Part shown: positions 1 through 12,055 of the stretch, piece after piece
Layout: each line of letters starts with the position of its first letter
Position numbering within the stretch: position 1 is the stretch's first letter
From: Rhynchopus sp. YZ270_cl-10
Lineage: Eukaryota
Reading direction: 5' to 3'
Length of the DNA: 64,000 nt
NCBI GenBank assembly: GCA_964035575.1
Contig: OZ037837.1
Coordinates: forward strand, 1,984,001 to 2,048,000
The notes under the pieces: model-generated
The model's input: the letters and a program-made list of their open reading frames with translations, nothing else
Database searches by the model: none
Told to the model about the DNA's origin: nothing
Translations under genes and position numbers: made by a program

Positions 1-1431
1 GTTTTCCTTTGAGAATGTTCTCCACCTACTAACACCTGTCTGTTCCACCAACGTATGCGCCCCTTGCTTTTTCTATTCTAGGGCGGGTTGGAGCAGAGCC
101 ACACTTCACCGAAAACAAAACAGTTTCCCTGAACTGGTCTTGTCTATTCTTTCTTGACGCACTGTTACCTATTGTTCACACAGTTGCTCTGCTGGCGTGC
201 TGTTGCTAACTACTTTACACACCGTTGTCCCTATCTTTTATTGTGGTGTAGCCTGCCTGCCTTACGGCATACAGGACAGACTAATAGCGGTCGTGGGGAA
301 CTTCCTCACTCTTTGTTTTTCTACCCCGAGACATCTTAAGATTGCACGGGTTGTTTCTCACCACTACATGAGAGCTCGCGGTTCTTTTATCAAACAGATT
401 TTATTCTCCGCCCCGTACCCAAAATGTAAACACCATTTTCAATCAGGGAAAAATATTTTGTTACATTTTTCCAGCGTTTCCTGAACAGTAGAATCCTTAT
501 TTTCGTGTCGTGTAGACTGTTTTCTGTGTCGTGTAGGATTTTGTGTTTTCTCGTTATCATGTTATCTGGGTGCGAACACGTCGCGCAAATCAAATACGCT
601 CAGATTGCGGTCCTGTGGAATGGAATGGAATGGAATAAACGATAAAGGGAATTGATTTGGTCAATACCTGGAGTGTTGAGACCAACGAGCTGTTTGCATC
701 TTCGACATTTGCAAGTTAATGCACACTCTTTACCATGGCGGGCTGGATGAGCTTCGCTGACAGATCAACAGTTTTTGTACTAAGAAACTGCACCAGAGGG
801 CCTATACACTGCTGTGATGTTATCCAAACATTTGGCATTCTGGATCACATACGGTGGATGTGGTTCTAGCACATTCTGTGGCTTCTCGATTCCAACTCCT
901 TTTTGGAACGTCATCCAGTCCGTCACACGAACGCTGCTAGCGTCCAGGTGTAGAGGTTCGACTCCATGGCGGTTTTTGTGTTCGCAAATATTTATCTGAA
1001 CAAGATAAAACAATAAGCTCGCGGTTCTTTGCACCTTGTGTTTCTAATAAAAACCAAAAGCGTTGTGTGTGAATAAAATACATAAAACAACACAGTTATG
1101 TTTACACCACAGTGAGTGCACAAAAAAAGAAGCAAACACCTGTCCCCCTGCTTACGAATAACAACCGGCAACACACATCCCCACTCCTTCTTCAGGTTTT
1201 CCAAACTAGCGGTTGCCAGGACACCCTTGCCTCGATAGTGCTGTGCACCACCACCCTCTGTCACATTTCTGTCAAGACGTCGACACGAGGGAAGCAAGGG
1301 TCATACTTCCTTGTGTTGCGGTCCGCTTTGCCCTCTCTCCTGTTGAGGTGCTTTGTGTCGCGGTGCTGGTTTCTCTCTATTCCCCTGCCCTCTCTGCATG
1401 CCACTCACTTTCAGGAACTTTCTAATACAAC

Positions 1432-4218
1432 ATGATGTTAGCCAGATCTGTGGCTGTTCTAGCTGTGTTCCTGTCACTAGGAACACATGTGCAGGCAGCA
1501 CGCAAGTATGAAGGTGTGCAGATCAGCATTGTGATGTCGGAGTGGGCAATGCGTCCATTTGGCCCATACGTGAAGCGCTTCTACGACGAAACAGGGTGCA
1601 ACGTGACGCTTGTGCGTGACGACTCCGCCTCACTCATCAAAAGGATTGCTGCAGCTTCGGACAGCGGCTTCGGAGAGGACGGGTACATGATTCTGTCGCT
1701 GGACCTTCCGCAGCTGGCACGTTCGGGGCACGTCCGTGACCTGACGGACAGGATTCGTGATGACGACAAACTGGCATGGGACGATCTGCTCCCGTTCTAC
1801 CGTGACCAGAACACTGCGTACCGCAAGCGCACCTATGGCATGCCGTCTGACGGTGGTCTCATTGGCATGTTCGGGCGGAAGGACCTGGTCCCCATCGGAA
1901 GCGAGCCAGAGACTGTGGAGGAGCTGCTAGCGATGGTGAAGCGCTTCGACGGGCAGGACTTGAACGGCGATGGGATCCCCGACCGTGGGTGGTGTGAGTG
2001 CAGAGGACCCACAGATGACATCCTGACGACACTTGTGAACGGGGAGTACGTGATGCAGTTCATTGCAACATACATGCAGACGAAGGGCTCGCAGCAGGGC
2101 ATCTGGTTTGACCCTGTCACAATCCAGGCGAATGTTGACCACGAGGGGTTCAGGAAGGGGTTCGAAATGGCGCTGGCGGTGTGGCAGGCAGGGACACGTG
2201 CCACAGGCAACGAGTGCAACAGACACGCAGACTCGACATCAGGCATGAACATTCCCCGCATGAGGTGGGGGAACGGCACGTGCGCGTTCTCAGTGAACTG
2301 GCAGGGAGGGATCCTGCGTGATTTCTATTTGGAGAACACGTACGCAGGTGTAGGCACGAACAGGACACGCCTCTTTCCATTCCCAGGAACAACACACGTC
2401 GACATCGACAAGAAGCTGACGGAGTGCACAGCCACAAGCTGCCCGTATGCCGTGAAGGGACGTTCTGGGAAGCTGCTCAACTACGCGCCGTACGCAGCCT
2501 TGGGGGGAGGGTACACGCTGCTGATCGGAACACACTCACAACACTTTGATGCCACATTTGACTTCATGGCGCATCTGATTGAACCGAAGAATTCTGCCGT
2601 GTGGGTGACCGACAGGCAGTCTGCGTCATTTGAACCGTTCCGTGCGTCGCATCTGTACGCACCTGGCTGGGAGAAAGAGTGGGGCAAGGACATTGCGGAC
2701 CAGTTCATTGAGACGGTGCGGTTCACGAACATCGGTGAGAAGAACATTGCGCCGGACTCCACTATTCCTGAGGCCCCTTTTTTCTCACTGGACGTGGGCA
2801 TGGTGTTTTCAAAGGCACTTGAGGGAAACCTTACTGTGGACGAAGCGCTGAAGGAGATCAGAAACCTGTGGCTCATCCGTGCCGAGCGCAACGGTATTGA
2901 GAAGGTGCGCGACCTCTACCGGGAGACGCTGGGGATGGCACCGTACGCTCCACCCACTGTGCTGACGACGGTCGAGGATGCGCTGGAAACATGGCACATC
3001 ATCCTGATCGTGGTGGGCGGTGTGCTTGCTGTGTTCGTTATCCTGTTCCTGGTCTACAAATATCGTGTTAGCAACGAAGCGTACAGACTGCAGTTTGCCG
3101 ACAACGTTGTGGCCGCACGGTGCGCGAAGGCCATTGCCTCGATGCAGCTGGACCAGGTGGCGTACCTTACTGAGCTGAAGACGCCGAACGCTATTCAGGC
3201 GTCCTTCATTGAGATTGTGGACCGTCTGAACCAGTACAAGGCGTACATGCCGCAGTCGTTGTTTGTGAAGGATTCGTCTACCGACGATGCGGAGAAAAGC
3301 GCTGTCATGAAGCTGGAGCAAAGTGCGGCGTCGTCAGTGAAGTCTTCTCGCAACTCAAGCCTCTCGAGGAAGTCGCGCTCGACTACAATGAGCCTCGCAC
3401 ACCACAGGGAGAAGGTAAACCTCTCCACAGAAGTCAAGAAGCGCAAAGTGTCTCTGGTGGTCACGAGCTTGAAGGAATCTCTGATCGAGCAGGGCACGGC
3501 AGAGGTCAGCAAGACGATGGCAGCGTATCTGGAGGCTGCACAGTGCTGTGTGTCGAAGCACCGCGGGATCGTGGACGAGGTGATTGGCGACAAGGTGCAT
3601 TCTTCGTACAACACCACGCAGCCGTCCGTGCAGCATGGGAGCATGGCGTTGCAGTGCGTTGTGGGCATGACGAAGGAGTTTAATCTGCCAGTAGTCTCCG
3701 CAGCATCATCTGGGCACGTGATGTGCGGCAACGTCGGGTGCGCGAGCCTCATGCGCTATGGCATCATTGGACAAGCTGAGTCGAATGTCTGGTCGTTGCA
3801 AAGAATGTGCAAGGACTGGGGCTGTACAAACCTCTGTGACGAAGGTGTGTGCCGCGATGCTTCGAGCTTTGAGCTACGTGCAGTGGCACGTATCAAGGCA
3901 GGCACTGCGAAAGACTTCTTAGCCACAGAGGCGCTGCGCAAGATCGAAACCGACTGCGACGAGTGGATGTACGAGATGGACAAGCAGGACAAGAATAAAG
4001 CGTACGGACCGCACAACAAAGCTGTTACGTGTCTCTACCAAGGCGAGTTCGACCAGGCCACTGCGCACATGAAAGACTCGAGCACAGAGCACGATGCCCA
4101 ACTCATCGAGAGGATCAGCAAGTTCCAAATGCTCGGAGAAGCACCTCAGCCCGTACCCTCTGAGGTCAAGAAGAGTCTGCTTGTCACGTACACCAAAGAC
4201 GACTACTATGATGTGTAG
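1432..4218 (+). CDS. Receptor-type adenylate/guanylate cyclase-like protein: signal peptide, bacterial-type extracellular solute-binding domain, one TM helix, degenerate class III cyclase domain
   Basis: 928-aa ORF. Hydrophobic N-terminus and SBP-like motifs (YGMPSDGG, DLNGDGIPD). TM WHIILIVVGGVLAVFVILFLVY. Cyclase-like GIVDEVIGDKV and GHVMCGNVG; DEWMY motif. Confidence 0.8.
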   Translation: MMLARSVAVLAVFLSLGTHVQAARKYEGVQISIVMSEWAMRPFGPYVKRFYDETGCNVTLVRDDSASLIKRIAAASDSGFGEDGYMILSLDLPQLARSGHVRDLTDRIRDDDKLAWDDLLPFYRDQNTAYRKRTYGMPSDGGLIGMFGRKDLVPIGSEPETVEELLAMVKRFDGQDLNGDGIPDRGWCECRGPTDDILTTLVNGEYVMQFIATYMQTKGSQQGIWFDPVTIQANVDHEGFRKGFEMALAVWQAGTRATGNECNRHADSTSGMNIPRMRWGNGTCAFSVNWQGGILRDFYLENTYAGVGTNRTRLFPFPGTTHVDIDKKLTECTATSCPYAVKGRSGKLLNYAPYAALGGGYTLLIGTHSQHFDATFDFMAHLIEPKNSAVWVTDRQSASFEPFRASHLYAPGWEKEWGKDIADQFIETVRFTNIGEKNIAPDSTIPEAPFFSLDVGMVFSKALEGNLTVDEALKEIRNLWLIRAERNGIEKVRDLYRETLGMAPYAPPTVLTTVEDALETWHIILIVVGGVLAVFVILFLVYKYRVSNEAYRLQFADNVVAARCAKAIASMQLDQVAYLTELKTPNAIQASFIEIVDRLNQYKAYMPQSLFVKDSSTDDAEKSAVMKLEQSAASSVKSSRNSSLSRKSRSTTMSLAHHREKVNLSTEVKKRKVSLVVTSLKESLIEQGTAEVSKTMAAYLEAAQCCVSKHRGIVDEVIGDKVHSSYNTTQPSVQHGSMALQCVVGMTKEFNLPVVSAASSGHVMCGNVGCASLMRYGIIGQAESNVWSLQRMCKDWGCTNLCDEGVCRDASSFELRAVARIKAGTAKDFLATEALRKIETDCDEWMYEMDKQDKNKAYGPHNKAVTCLYQGEFDQATAHMKDSSTEHDAQLIERISKFQMLGEAPQPVPSEVKKSLLVTYTKDDYYDV

Positions 4219-4666
4219 TGTTTTGCACGCCATTTAGCAGTGTGTGTGTTGACCACTACCGTAGGTGTGGGTATCATGCACGCAGGCGGTGCTGAAGTGA
4301 TATTGTGTCCATCTAAGATAAAAAACAGCATTATTGTTGGTTGTGGGTGGCATGTTACAGTAAATAATTGCCAACTGTAAAACTTTTCAAAAGAAAAAAA
4401 TTAAAATCCCCCCGGCCCCCTTGTCTTTTATTCAACAAAAGTGTTTTTTTTTCACGAGTTCTTTAAAGAGCTTTGTTCTTGTTTTTCAACAAATGAACAG
4501 ATTTGAATATTTTTTTGATGGACAAATACTTTGTGGTGGGAAATGATTCAAACGTCTGAAACTTTTTGTTTATTACCCATGTACAGCACATCATTTCTGT
4601 ACTTCAGGCTAAGGATTTTTTTTTCCTTTTTAGTAAACACGTAGTATTTGACAAAATGCTCGAGAC

Positions 4667-4995
4667 TGAACAAGATAAAACAATAAGCTCGCGTTTCTTT
4701 TATCGAACAGATTTTATTCTCCGCCCCGTACCCAAAACGTAAACACCACTTTGAATCAGAAAAAATATTTTCCTCTCCTTTTTTCTTCCACACGCGCTGG
4801 TTTTTGTATTTCGCTAATTTTTATCAAAAAGCCCTTGTTTCGAGTGCGAAACGTTTCTCCATGTATTGCACGGGAAACAATATGACAAACAGGTGCAGGG
4901 TGGTTCCGTGCTTATCATAGAACCTGGCACCTTGTGTGTCTCCCAAAAACCAAAAAAGCGTTGTGTGTGTAGTTTTGAAGGAAGGAAAAATAAAA
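4667..4995. mobile_element. ~330-bp dispersed non-coding element (TGAACAAG...GGAAAAATAAAA), copy 1
   Basis: Highly similar to 12056-12386. Partial or deleted copies at ~372-450 and ~997-1088. Confidence 0.75.
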
Positions 4996-5124
4996 CCTCG
5001 TGAAAAGTCGCGCGTCTGCGTATCCCGCTCCCCGCTTGTTTCCCCCTCTTTTCCCCCCTGTGCTCCACGACACTTTCTGTACTTCAGGCAAACACAACCA
5101 TATCGTAAATCAAGTCGAAAAAGG

Positions 5125-5157
<33 letters not shown>

Positions 5158-6338
5158 ACACCCACGAGGCGAGCGTTTTGGCAGGCGCTTGTAAGGACAG
5201 CCAAAAGACTTGAATCTGAGTGCAGAAGTGGTGTGGAAGCGAACAACAAACAACTTTTACTTTTTTCCCCCCCGTTTATAGTCTTTTGAGCAACAAGCAA
5301 AGAGGAACGAGTCTCTCGAGCATTTTTGACATTCATTTTTGGGTGTTTTGAAGGAAAATAAAAACGCGTATAGCGCGGACAGTGTAGCAACTAAACAAAA
5401 GGCGAACCCCCTTCCTTTTTTCTATTCTGGGGTTGGAACAGAGACACACTTTCACCGACAGGTCGGAGGTGTGTGCGTTTCACCAACCTTTCCCTTTTGT
5501 CTTTATTGTTTTTATTGTTTGCGGGGGTGGGGAACTACAGAAAGAAAAATAGGCGGTTGCAATTTTTTATACCGACTTGTCCCGCAAAGTGAATTCCGCG
5601 ACGCCCTAACACAAAGGGCGGTCGGATGTCGATGGCGGTTATTGTCTTAGGCGAGATTTTTGTTGGGTAACAAAGTATTTTACCAATAATTTGTTTTGTG
5701 CGTATGTGTTTACACTCTTTTCTTTGGTCCTGGGCTGGACCTTAAATTGCATCCGGGGGTCCGTTCCTCCAGAAACTCTATGAAGGTGTTGACCGCTCGA
5801 ACCGATGTCTCCTACCTGAGAGATTACAAAACAGGAGGCGAGGAGGGGTATGCGGGGCGTTTTTGTGCCTTCAGGGTCTTTTTGTTTTTCAGCAACCCTG
5901 CCTCTCCTATATCACCAGTGCATAGCCTTTGTCTTTCTGTTGGGGTATGCGGGACTTCCCCTAGTCCTCAGGGTCTAAACGCCCCTGCCCTCTTTTATGC
6001 AAGTTCACCCTGGCAGGGTATATAAATGCTGGGTCAGGCTGGCCCCCCTATGCTATGATGGGTGCTCGCACCCGGAGCATAAATGGCCAGCGGTCAGGCC
6101 AGAGTCGCTCTACGGAGTCTCTCTGCCACGCCTTTGGGTTACGGTGTGCTGCCTGTAAGGACGTCCATGTATATCCCTAAGAGAAAGGGTGAGGCCCAAC
6201 TGTCGGTACAGCATGGGGCGCCAAGAGAGAGATGTTGTGACCCCCCCGCCCACCCCTTTTTGTGTTTTTGGGTTTCTGCTCTCTTGTGTAGACTATCGTG
6301 CATCAAGCGTTGGGTGCAGCGAACTGCAGTACCTGTAA

Positions 6339-6530
6339 GCTCACAACTCTTCAACGGAAGGTGGGCCGCCGGCTGTCGAGCGGTTGTGAACCGCCCTCGT
6401 TCTCTTACGGTACGGGCCAGTCATTAGGTTTCCTTTTTACATCTTCTGTTGTTGGCCGCAGGGTACTTGTGCTTTCATCCGGATGGCTGGCATCGTACGT
6501 GGGTCAGTCGGAGGTGCCTGCATTAATAAC
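6339..6530. repeat. Dispersed ~190-bp repeat (copy at 40123-40311), probably the end of a retroelement
   Basis: Near-identical direct match. The terminal ~30 bp (GGGTCAxTCGGAGGTGCCTGyATCAA) also recurs downstream of each WD40 gene, e.g. ~13595. Confidence 0.7.
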
Positions 6531-8356
6531 TTCACTTTCTTTCTGTCTTTTTTGTAATTGTAAGATCAAATGGGAAAATGATTATTCAGCTAAGTTTTAA
6601 GCACAGTTTAGGCAGCGAGCCATTAAAGCCCAGAACAAAGAAAATTGGAAATATTGCGGCCAAATTTCTTCTGGAAAAATTGAAACTTTACACTCACAAT
6701 ACAAAAGAGTAGCAATTGCTATTTGAGAGTTTCCACTCTTATTGTTTATTTTTTAACGCTCGTGGACACATGATGGGGTGACGCGAGAGCACTCCGAGAG
6801 GCCTGTTCGGTGCTTTTATTTTCTGAGTCACCCATAACGACGATTCACTAGATATTATACACCGATGAGCTCACAATCCCCAAGAACCCCATAACCCCTT
6901 TCCCGCTCCCTTTTTCTTTACACATGAGTCAGTCACACAACAAAACACTGATTGGGGTAAAAACCTAAGGTGGGCTTTGGCATTTCAAAACTCGAAGGAG
7001 AGGTTTTTACCCCCTCCACCAGATGTTTGACTGCACTTTCGATTATTCTTTTTTTTCTTTCAAACAAGATTGATTTTGTCTGTGGCCGTCTTTGCATTCA
7101 GTTTCTTTTTGAGGGGATGCGCCCAATAAATCGGGGATGTATCATTTTACTCTAATCTTTAAGACTTTGAGCACAAATTAATCCCACTTGTTTCTGGGGT
7201 CAGACCACAAGAGGGATGAAGTGTGCCTGTATTTCCTCCCGTTGGCAGGAGGGGGTACTGCAGGGCTATTCTGTTTTGTCTTCAGGGAGGTACACTTCCC
7301 TGACCCCCTACTACGTATTCGTACAAATTATCGGCCGTAAAAAAGGTCGGACTTCCAGAAAAATTCCTGAAAAGGTCGAACATTGTTGTCGATAATGTGT
7401 ACGATTACTGCAATACAACCACCCCATGATACCATTACGGCAGAAAAAACACTCAAAGATGAATGCTATTGACGCGCCTTCTCCACTTCCTCCTCCCCAC
7501 TCCCCTGCACTTTTCTGTCTCTCTGCTTTGGCAGGGATGAGTAATGAAGAACAGGGTTGTACCTCTGAGTCCTGCATCACCATTATCAACACTGCACTAT
7601 GCTAGTGTTTTTTTTGGCTGTGTTGCAAAGCAAGAGCGGTAGCGTGAAAACCTCCCCTCTCCAGAAACAAAACCACACTGGACTGGACAGTCTTATTTTT
7701 CTCCCCTGCTTCTCTCCCCGTCTCCCCGTGTTAATATTTCATTTTCCCCAAGTTTCACTGACCTAATGCTTGTATGCTTCCCTCGGGCGGATTTGCTGGC
7801 CCCAGTTTTATTCACTTTTTTTTTGTATTCAAAAGAAAACCGACGCTGGAGCTTTTCTGGAACTGTTTTATTTTTCGTTTTTTGTTCGCTTTCTTTTCTT
7901 CTCCCTCACACTTGTTTCGCTCACTGTACAGACAATAGGACTTTTGACCCTCGCTTCGCTCGGACCAAGTACGGTACTTTTTATGTGCATAATACCCTTG
8001 CTCTGTCCAGTTTTATGTGCAAAAAATAGGCAACAAAATAAAAACTTCAAAAAAGCTCAGGGGGGGGGAAAGTGTTTTGTTTTACACACATGCTCATGGG
8101 TTCCATCTGTTTTGGTGTATCCACATGACATGTTTTGTACGCGTGGCTCAGTGCATATCACAGCACGGCGTTCACTAAACGTGACTATGCCGCATTGCTC
8201 CACAGCCTAGGTACCCCGTTGCATAAAGTCACCTGTGTGACAAGACCGCACAGTGCGGACCTGGTGCTACATCCGCTAGTTCGGATAACAGAAGATATTA
8301 CGCATTTTTGTGGTTTCTTCTTGCGACCCAAACACCTCAACAGAGATACACAAACC

Positions 8357-9424
8357 ATGGAAATATGTGTAGAGTCCTTAGACGGAGAGAAGCACACAGT
8401 CGAGGTGGGTGTGGATGATACAACTGCGGACATACGGCGGAAGGTGGCGTCTGCAGCAGAGTTGTGCGAAGACGGCTTTCACATGAGCTTTGGGGGCAAG
8501 GTGCTGGCCGAAGGAGACGACACGACGCAGCTGAGTGCTGGGGACACAATTTTTCTAACAAAAACTAAGAAGTTCGCGTCCATTGCAGCTCTTCGTGCCT
8601 TGGGTGAGACAAAGCTGACCACAGAGAGGCTGGAGAGTGTGGAGTACCCTAAGCTCATCCAGCTGCTGCTTCAGGCAGAAGTTGCTACTGAAATCTGCAC
8701 TGGGTTCTTGGCAGGTCGTTCGTTCGAGGAGCTCGACCTGAGTGATGTGTCAGGTGTCACCAAAATCAGTGACGCATTTCTCCGCAACTGCTACGCGTTG
8801 GAAACTCTAGATGTGTCTGAGTGGAACAACGTCAGGCAGGTTGGGGATGAGTTTCTCTTCAACTGCAGGGCATTGACCGCGGTGAACGTGTCTGGGTGGA
8901 ACAATGTCACGTATATTGGTGACGAGTTCTTCTGTAATTGCAATCGGTTGAGAACACTAGACCTGTCTGGTTGGACGACTGTCAGGTACTGTGGCCAGCA
9001 CTTTCTCTTCAACTGCACGGCGTTGACGGCAGTTGACGTATCTGGGTGGAGCAATGTCACGCAGGTGGGGGAGGACTTCCTCCGAAACTGCGGGTCCTTG
9101 ACGACACTTGACTTGTCTGGGTGGACCAGTGTCGTGCAGGTTGGGTACAACTTCCTCCACAACTGCAGCAGCTTAGTAACTGTTGATTTGTCAGGGTTGC
9201 GCAATGTCACGGTGATAGGTGAATACTTTCTCTGCAACTGCAGCGCCTTGACGACACTCGACCTGTCTGGTTGGACACGTGTCACGGACATTGCGGAGCA
9301 CTTTCTTGAAGGGTGCAAATTACTAAAAGCAAGCAGCATCAACGTCACCGGATCGAGCAGTGTTGTGTCAGAGTCGGTACGTCAGGCCTGCTGTGCGAAC
9401 CGCGTGCAATGTGTGTGCATGTGA
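8357..9424 (+). CDS. Ubiquitin-like domain + BspA-type leucine-rich repeat protein with C-terminal CaaX motif
   Basis: ATG at 8357 (MEICVESLDGEKHTVEV...MSFGGKVL, ubiquitin-fold pattern). About 8 26-aa repeats FLxNCxxLxxLDLSGWxxVxxIG. Ends ...CCANRVQCVCM*. Confidence 0.8.
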   Translation: MEICVESLDGEKHTVEVGVDDTTADIRRKVASAAELCEDGFHMSFGGKVLAEGDDTTQLSAGDTIFLTKTKKFASIAALRALGETKLTTERLESVEYPKLIQLLLQAEVATEICTGFLAGRSFEELDLSDVSGVTKISDAFLRNCYALETLDVSEWNNVRQVGDEFLFNCRALTAVNVSGWNNVTYIGDEFFCNCNRLRTLDLSGWTTVRYCGQHFLFNCTALTAVDVSGWSNVTQVGEDFLRNCGSLTTLDLSGWTSVVQVGYNFLHNCSSLVTVDLSGLRNVTVIGEYFLCNCSALTTLDLSGWTRVTDIAEHFLEGCKLLKASSINVTGSSSVVSESVRQACCANRVQCVCM

Positions 9425-9735
9425 TTCATGGTGAAGCGGTGTTGCATTAAGGGAAAAGGGGAAAACGTTTATCTGATGTTGATTGTTCAAACACGATTTG
9501 TTTTGCTCAGAAAAACAAAACTCCTTTTTGTAAGCTTTTTGTTTTCATTGTTTCCCCTGTTTTTATTTGGTTAAAGTATTCCTGTAGTGTTGGTTGTCAG
9601 TTTCATCCCCACTGTCTCCTGGCTGATGGTTCCTTGGAACCAATCGTCGGGTGGCTAGCCGCTTGTCAACCCTGTTCTAAAGAGAGTTTTATTTGTTATG
9701 TTCAGTTATGTGTACACAAGAGGTATAATATATTA

Positions 9736-11786
9736 GGGGTAATTATCATAACACCCACGTTACTAATACCCATTTACGATAATACCCACTGGGTATTATC
9801 GTAAACTTTTTGGGTATTATCGTAAAGTTTTTGGGTATTATCGTAAACTTTTTGGGTATTAGTTTTGGGTATTATCGTAAACTTTTTGGGTATTATCGTA
9901 AACTTTTTGGGTATTACCCAGGTTGGGTAGTACCCAGGTACCCAGGTACCCAGGTACCCAGGTACCCAGGTACCCAGGTACCCAGGTACCCAGGTACCCA
10001 GGTACCCAGGTACCCAGGTACCCAGGTACCCAGGTACCCAGGTACCCAGGTACCCAGGTACCCAGGTACCCAGGTACCCAGGTACACTGGTGTACAAGGA
10101 AAAAAGTCGTGAAAGAGCAACCACAGCTCCACATGACAAACACAAAAGTGTCCAATCACGTGGGGCATTCATGCACTGAGGAGATAATGTTCCAACAATT
10201 TACAAGAAAGATTACTTAACCTACTGCTGGAAGTTGCCAGGTCGTAGTAACACACAAAGTGTGCCTCCGTTCGGGAAGACCGGATATTCTAGAGACCAAA
10301 AAGGCCTCAAGAATATCTTCCGGTAGTCAAGGTAGAACCGAGTGAACGGCCCAAGACCCCCGTGGAGAAGTTAAATGTTGTAATGCTATCAAGTACAAAC
10401 TGCGACCACTGTCTTACCCTCCTCAGTGCTTGGTGGAAGATGTCTTTGACAACAAATATCCTGTACCTAGGTACCCAGGTTCCCAGACCCACGCAGCACT
10501 ACGTCGCAGTACTACGCAAAATTTACCACCAGACCCTGTCTTCGTGCACCTGAAGTACAACACCGCAGACAGGCCAAACATGCGTTGGACTCAGAGGAAT
10601 GCCCGCTGTGCAGGTATCAATGAGAACCAACTCCCAGCAACAAGGGGCGCCTTTTGGCGGGCGTTGTTGAGGGTGTTTGGGGTGCAAAGTTTTCCACAAT
10701 TTTGATGCGCGGGTACAGAAGTGTTGTCTTGTTCTTTCATCTCTAGGAATGTAAATGTCAATCGCGTTTAACTACCACTAGGGCTTGTTCAGTGAACCCA
10801 CAAGGGGTCGAAGGGGGTTGGTTATCCCATATCTATCAAAGGTTGTGTCGACCAGGCGAAACCACTATGTTACGCTGTACGTTGTTAAATCCGAAGAAAT
10901 AACACTTTAGCAGCCGCAGGAAGTTTGCTAAAAAGAGTGCCTCACGCTACACAAACCACCACCCGCGATTGACTTAGATGTTATAACAAAGAGAATTCAG
11001 AACAAAACAACACCCTGCCCCATACACACTAAATTGTCATGCTTCAAGAACATGCCTGGGCCAAAATTACTATGACGAAAAGGCAACAAGACCACCCACA
11101 AGGAGTGTGAAATGTGCACTGGTTTTCTGGGGGAACGCAATATTTTCTTGTGTCTAGTCCTCCGCGAGCAGAGGACAGACTTTCCGGAAGGTTGCCAAAG
11201 TCGAATTTCTTGCACTAGCTATGCTCCCTGGGTTAATGGCTATAGCAGTGACTGACTAAATGTTCCCACCCAGGTCTTCGTATGTTGAGGTGTAGAATGT
11301 CGGAGACGGAGAAGCGCAATCGCTGATGCAGTTCAGATTTCGCGATCCTGTGATGAGTGTAAATGTGGGTGTAATTAAGTTATGTCGCTTGGAGAAAGAT
11401 TAATTGTTAATTGTCAAGAAAAATGGTTACCCTGAATTTGAGGATGTAAGACAGGGATGCAAAAAGTTGTGTAAAAAAAAAACCCCCCCCCCATATATTT
11501 AGTGAAAATTGTATTTTCTCTGGGGTCGATGAAACCATACCTTGTCTGCACATTCACCAGCGTGCGAGCGCCTCTGATACCTTGCGCGAGTAGCCAGCTA
11601 AATCACATCGCACCTGGGTACCTGGGTAATACCCAAAAAGTTTACGATAATACCCAAAACTAATACCCAAATAGTTTACGATAATACCCAAAAACTTTAC
11701 GATAATACCCAAAAAGTTTACGATAATACCCAGTGGGTATTATCGTAAATGGGTATTAGTAACGTGGGTGTTATAGTCATTTTCCC
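9736..11786. mobile_element. Non-autonomous foldback/Mutator-like DNA transposon
   Basis: 9-bp TSD AATATATTA (9727-9735, 11787-11795). Empty site present in paralogous spacers, e.g. ~15238. ~170-190-bp TIRs starting GGG with ~21-bp subrepeats GGGTATTATCGTAAACTTTTT. Confidence 0.9.
9931..10085. repeat. Tandem octamer (TACCCAGG)n, about 19 copies, inside the transposon
   Basis: Directly visible. Inverted units at 11613-11628. Confidence 0.95.
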
Positions 11787-12055
11787 AATATATTATTCAT
11801 CTTTCAGGGGTTCGTTATTTTTCTTTGTCTGGCACTCGCTGGTCTCAAAAGCCTGCCTAACATAGATTTCGATTTGCAGTTGAGATGTCTTCTGTTTCAT
11901 CAGATGCTCTTACAGAGGCTTTGCTTTGTTGGTTTTTTCGACTTCTTTTTTGACCCAACCCACTTCTTTTCCTCCATTGACCCCTTTTTAGTAAAAACCC
12001 ATCTGGATCAGGATTTTCGCCCCTTTTTTTTTGAGCAAGAGAGAGTGTAGCGCTC

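Noticed and set aside
617..636. (GGAAT)x4 microsatellite
   Set aside because: Too short to be informative.
8135..8356. Non-ATG N-terminal extensions in the ORF track (also 15463, 17706, 20523, 22776, 24337, 51396)
   Set aside because: Eukaryotic context; the downstream ATGs coincide with domain or signal-peptide starts.
9774..10219. ORFs with VPGYLGTW/PRYPGTQV repeats
   Set aside because: They are translations of the TACCCAGG octamer inside the transposon.
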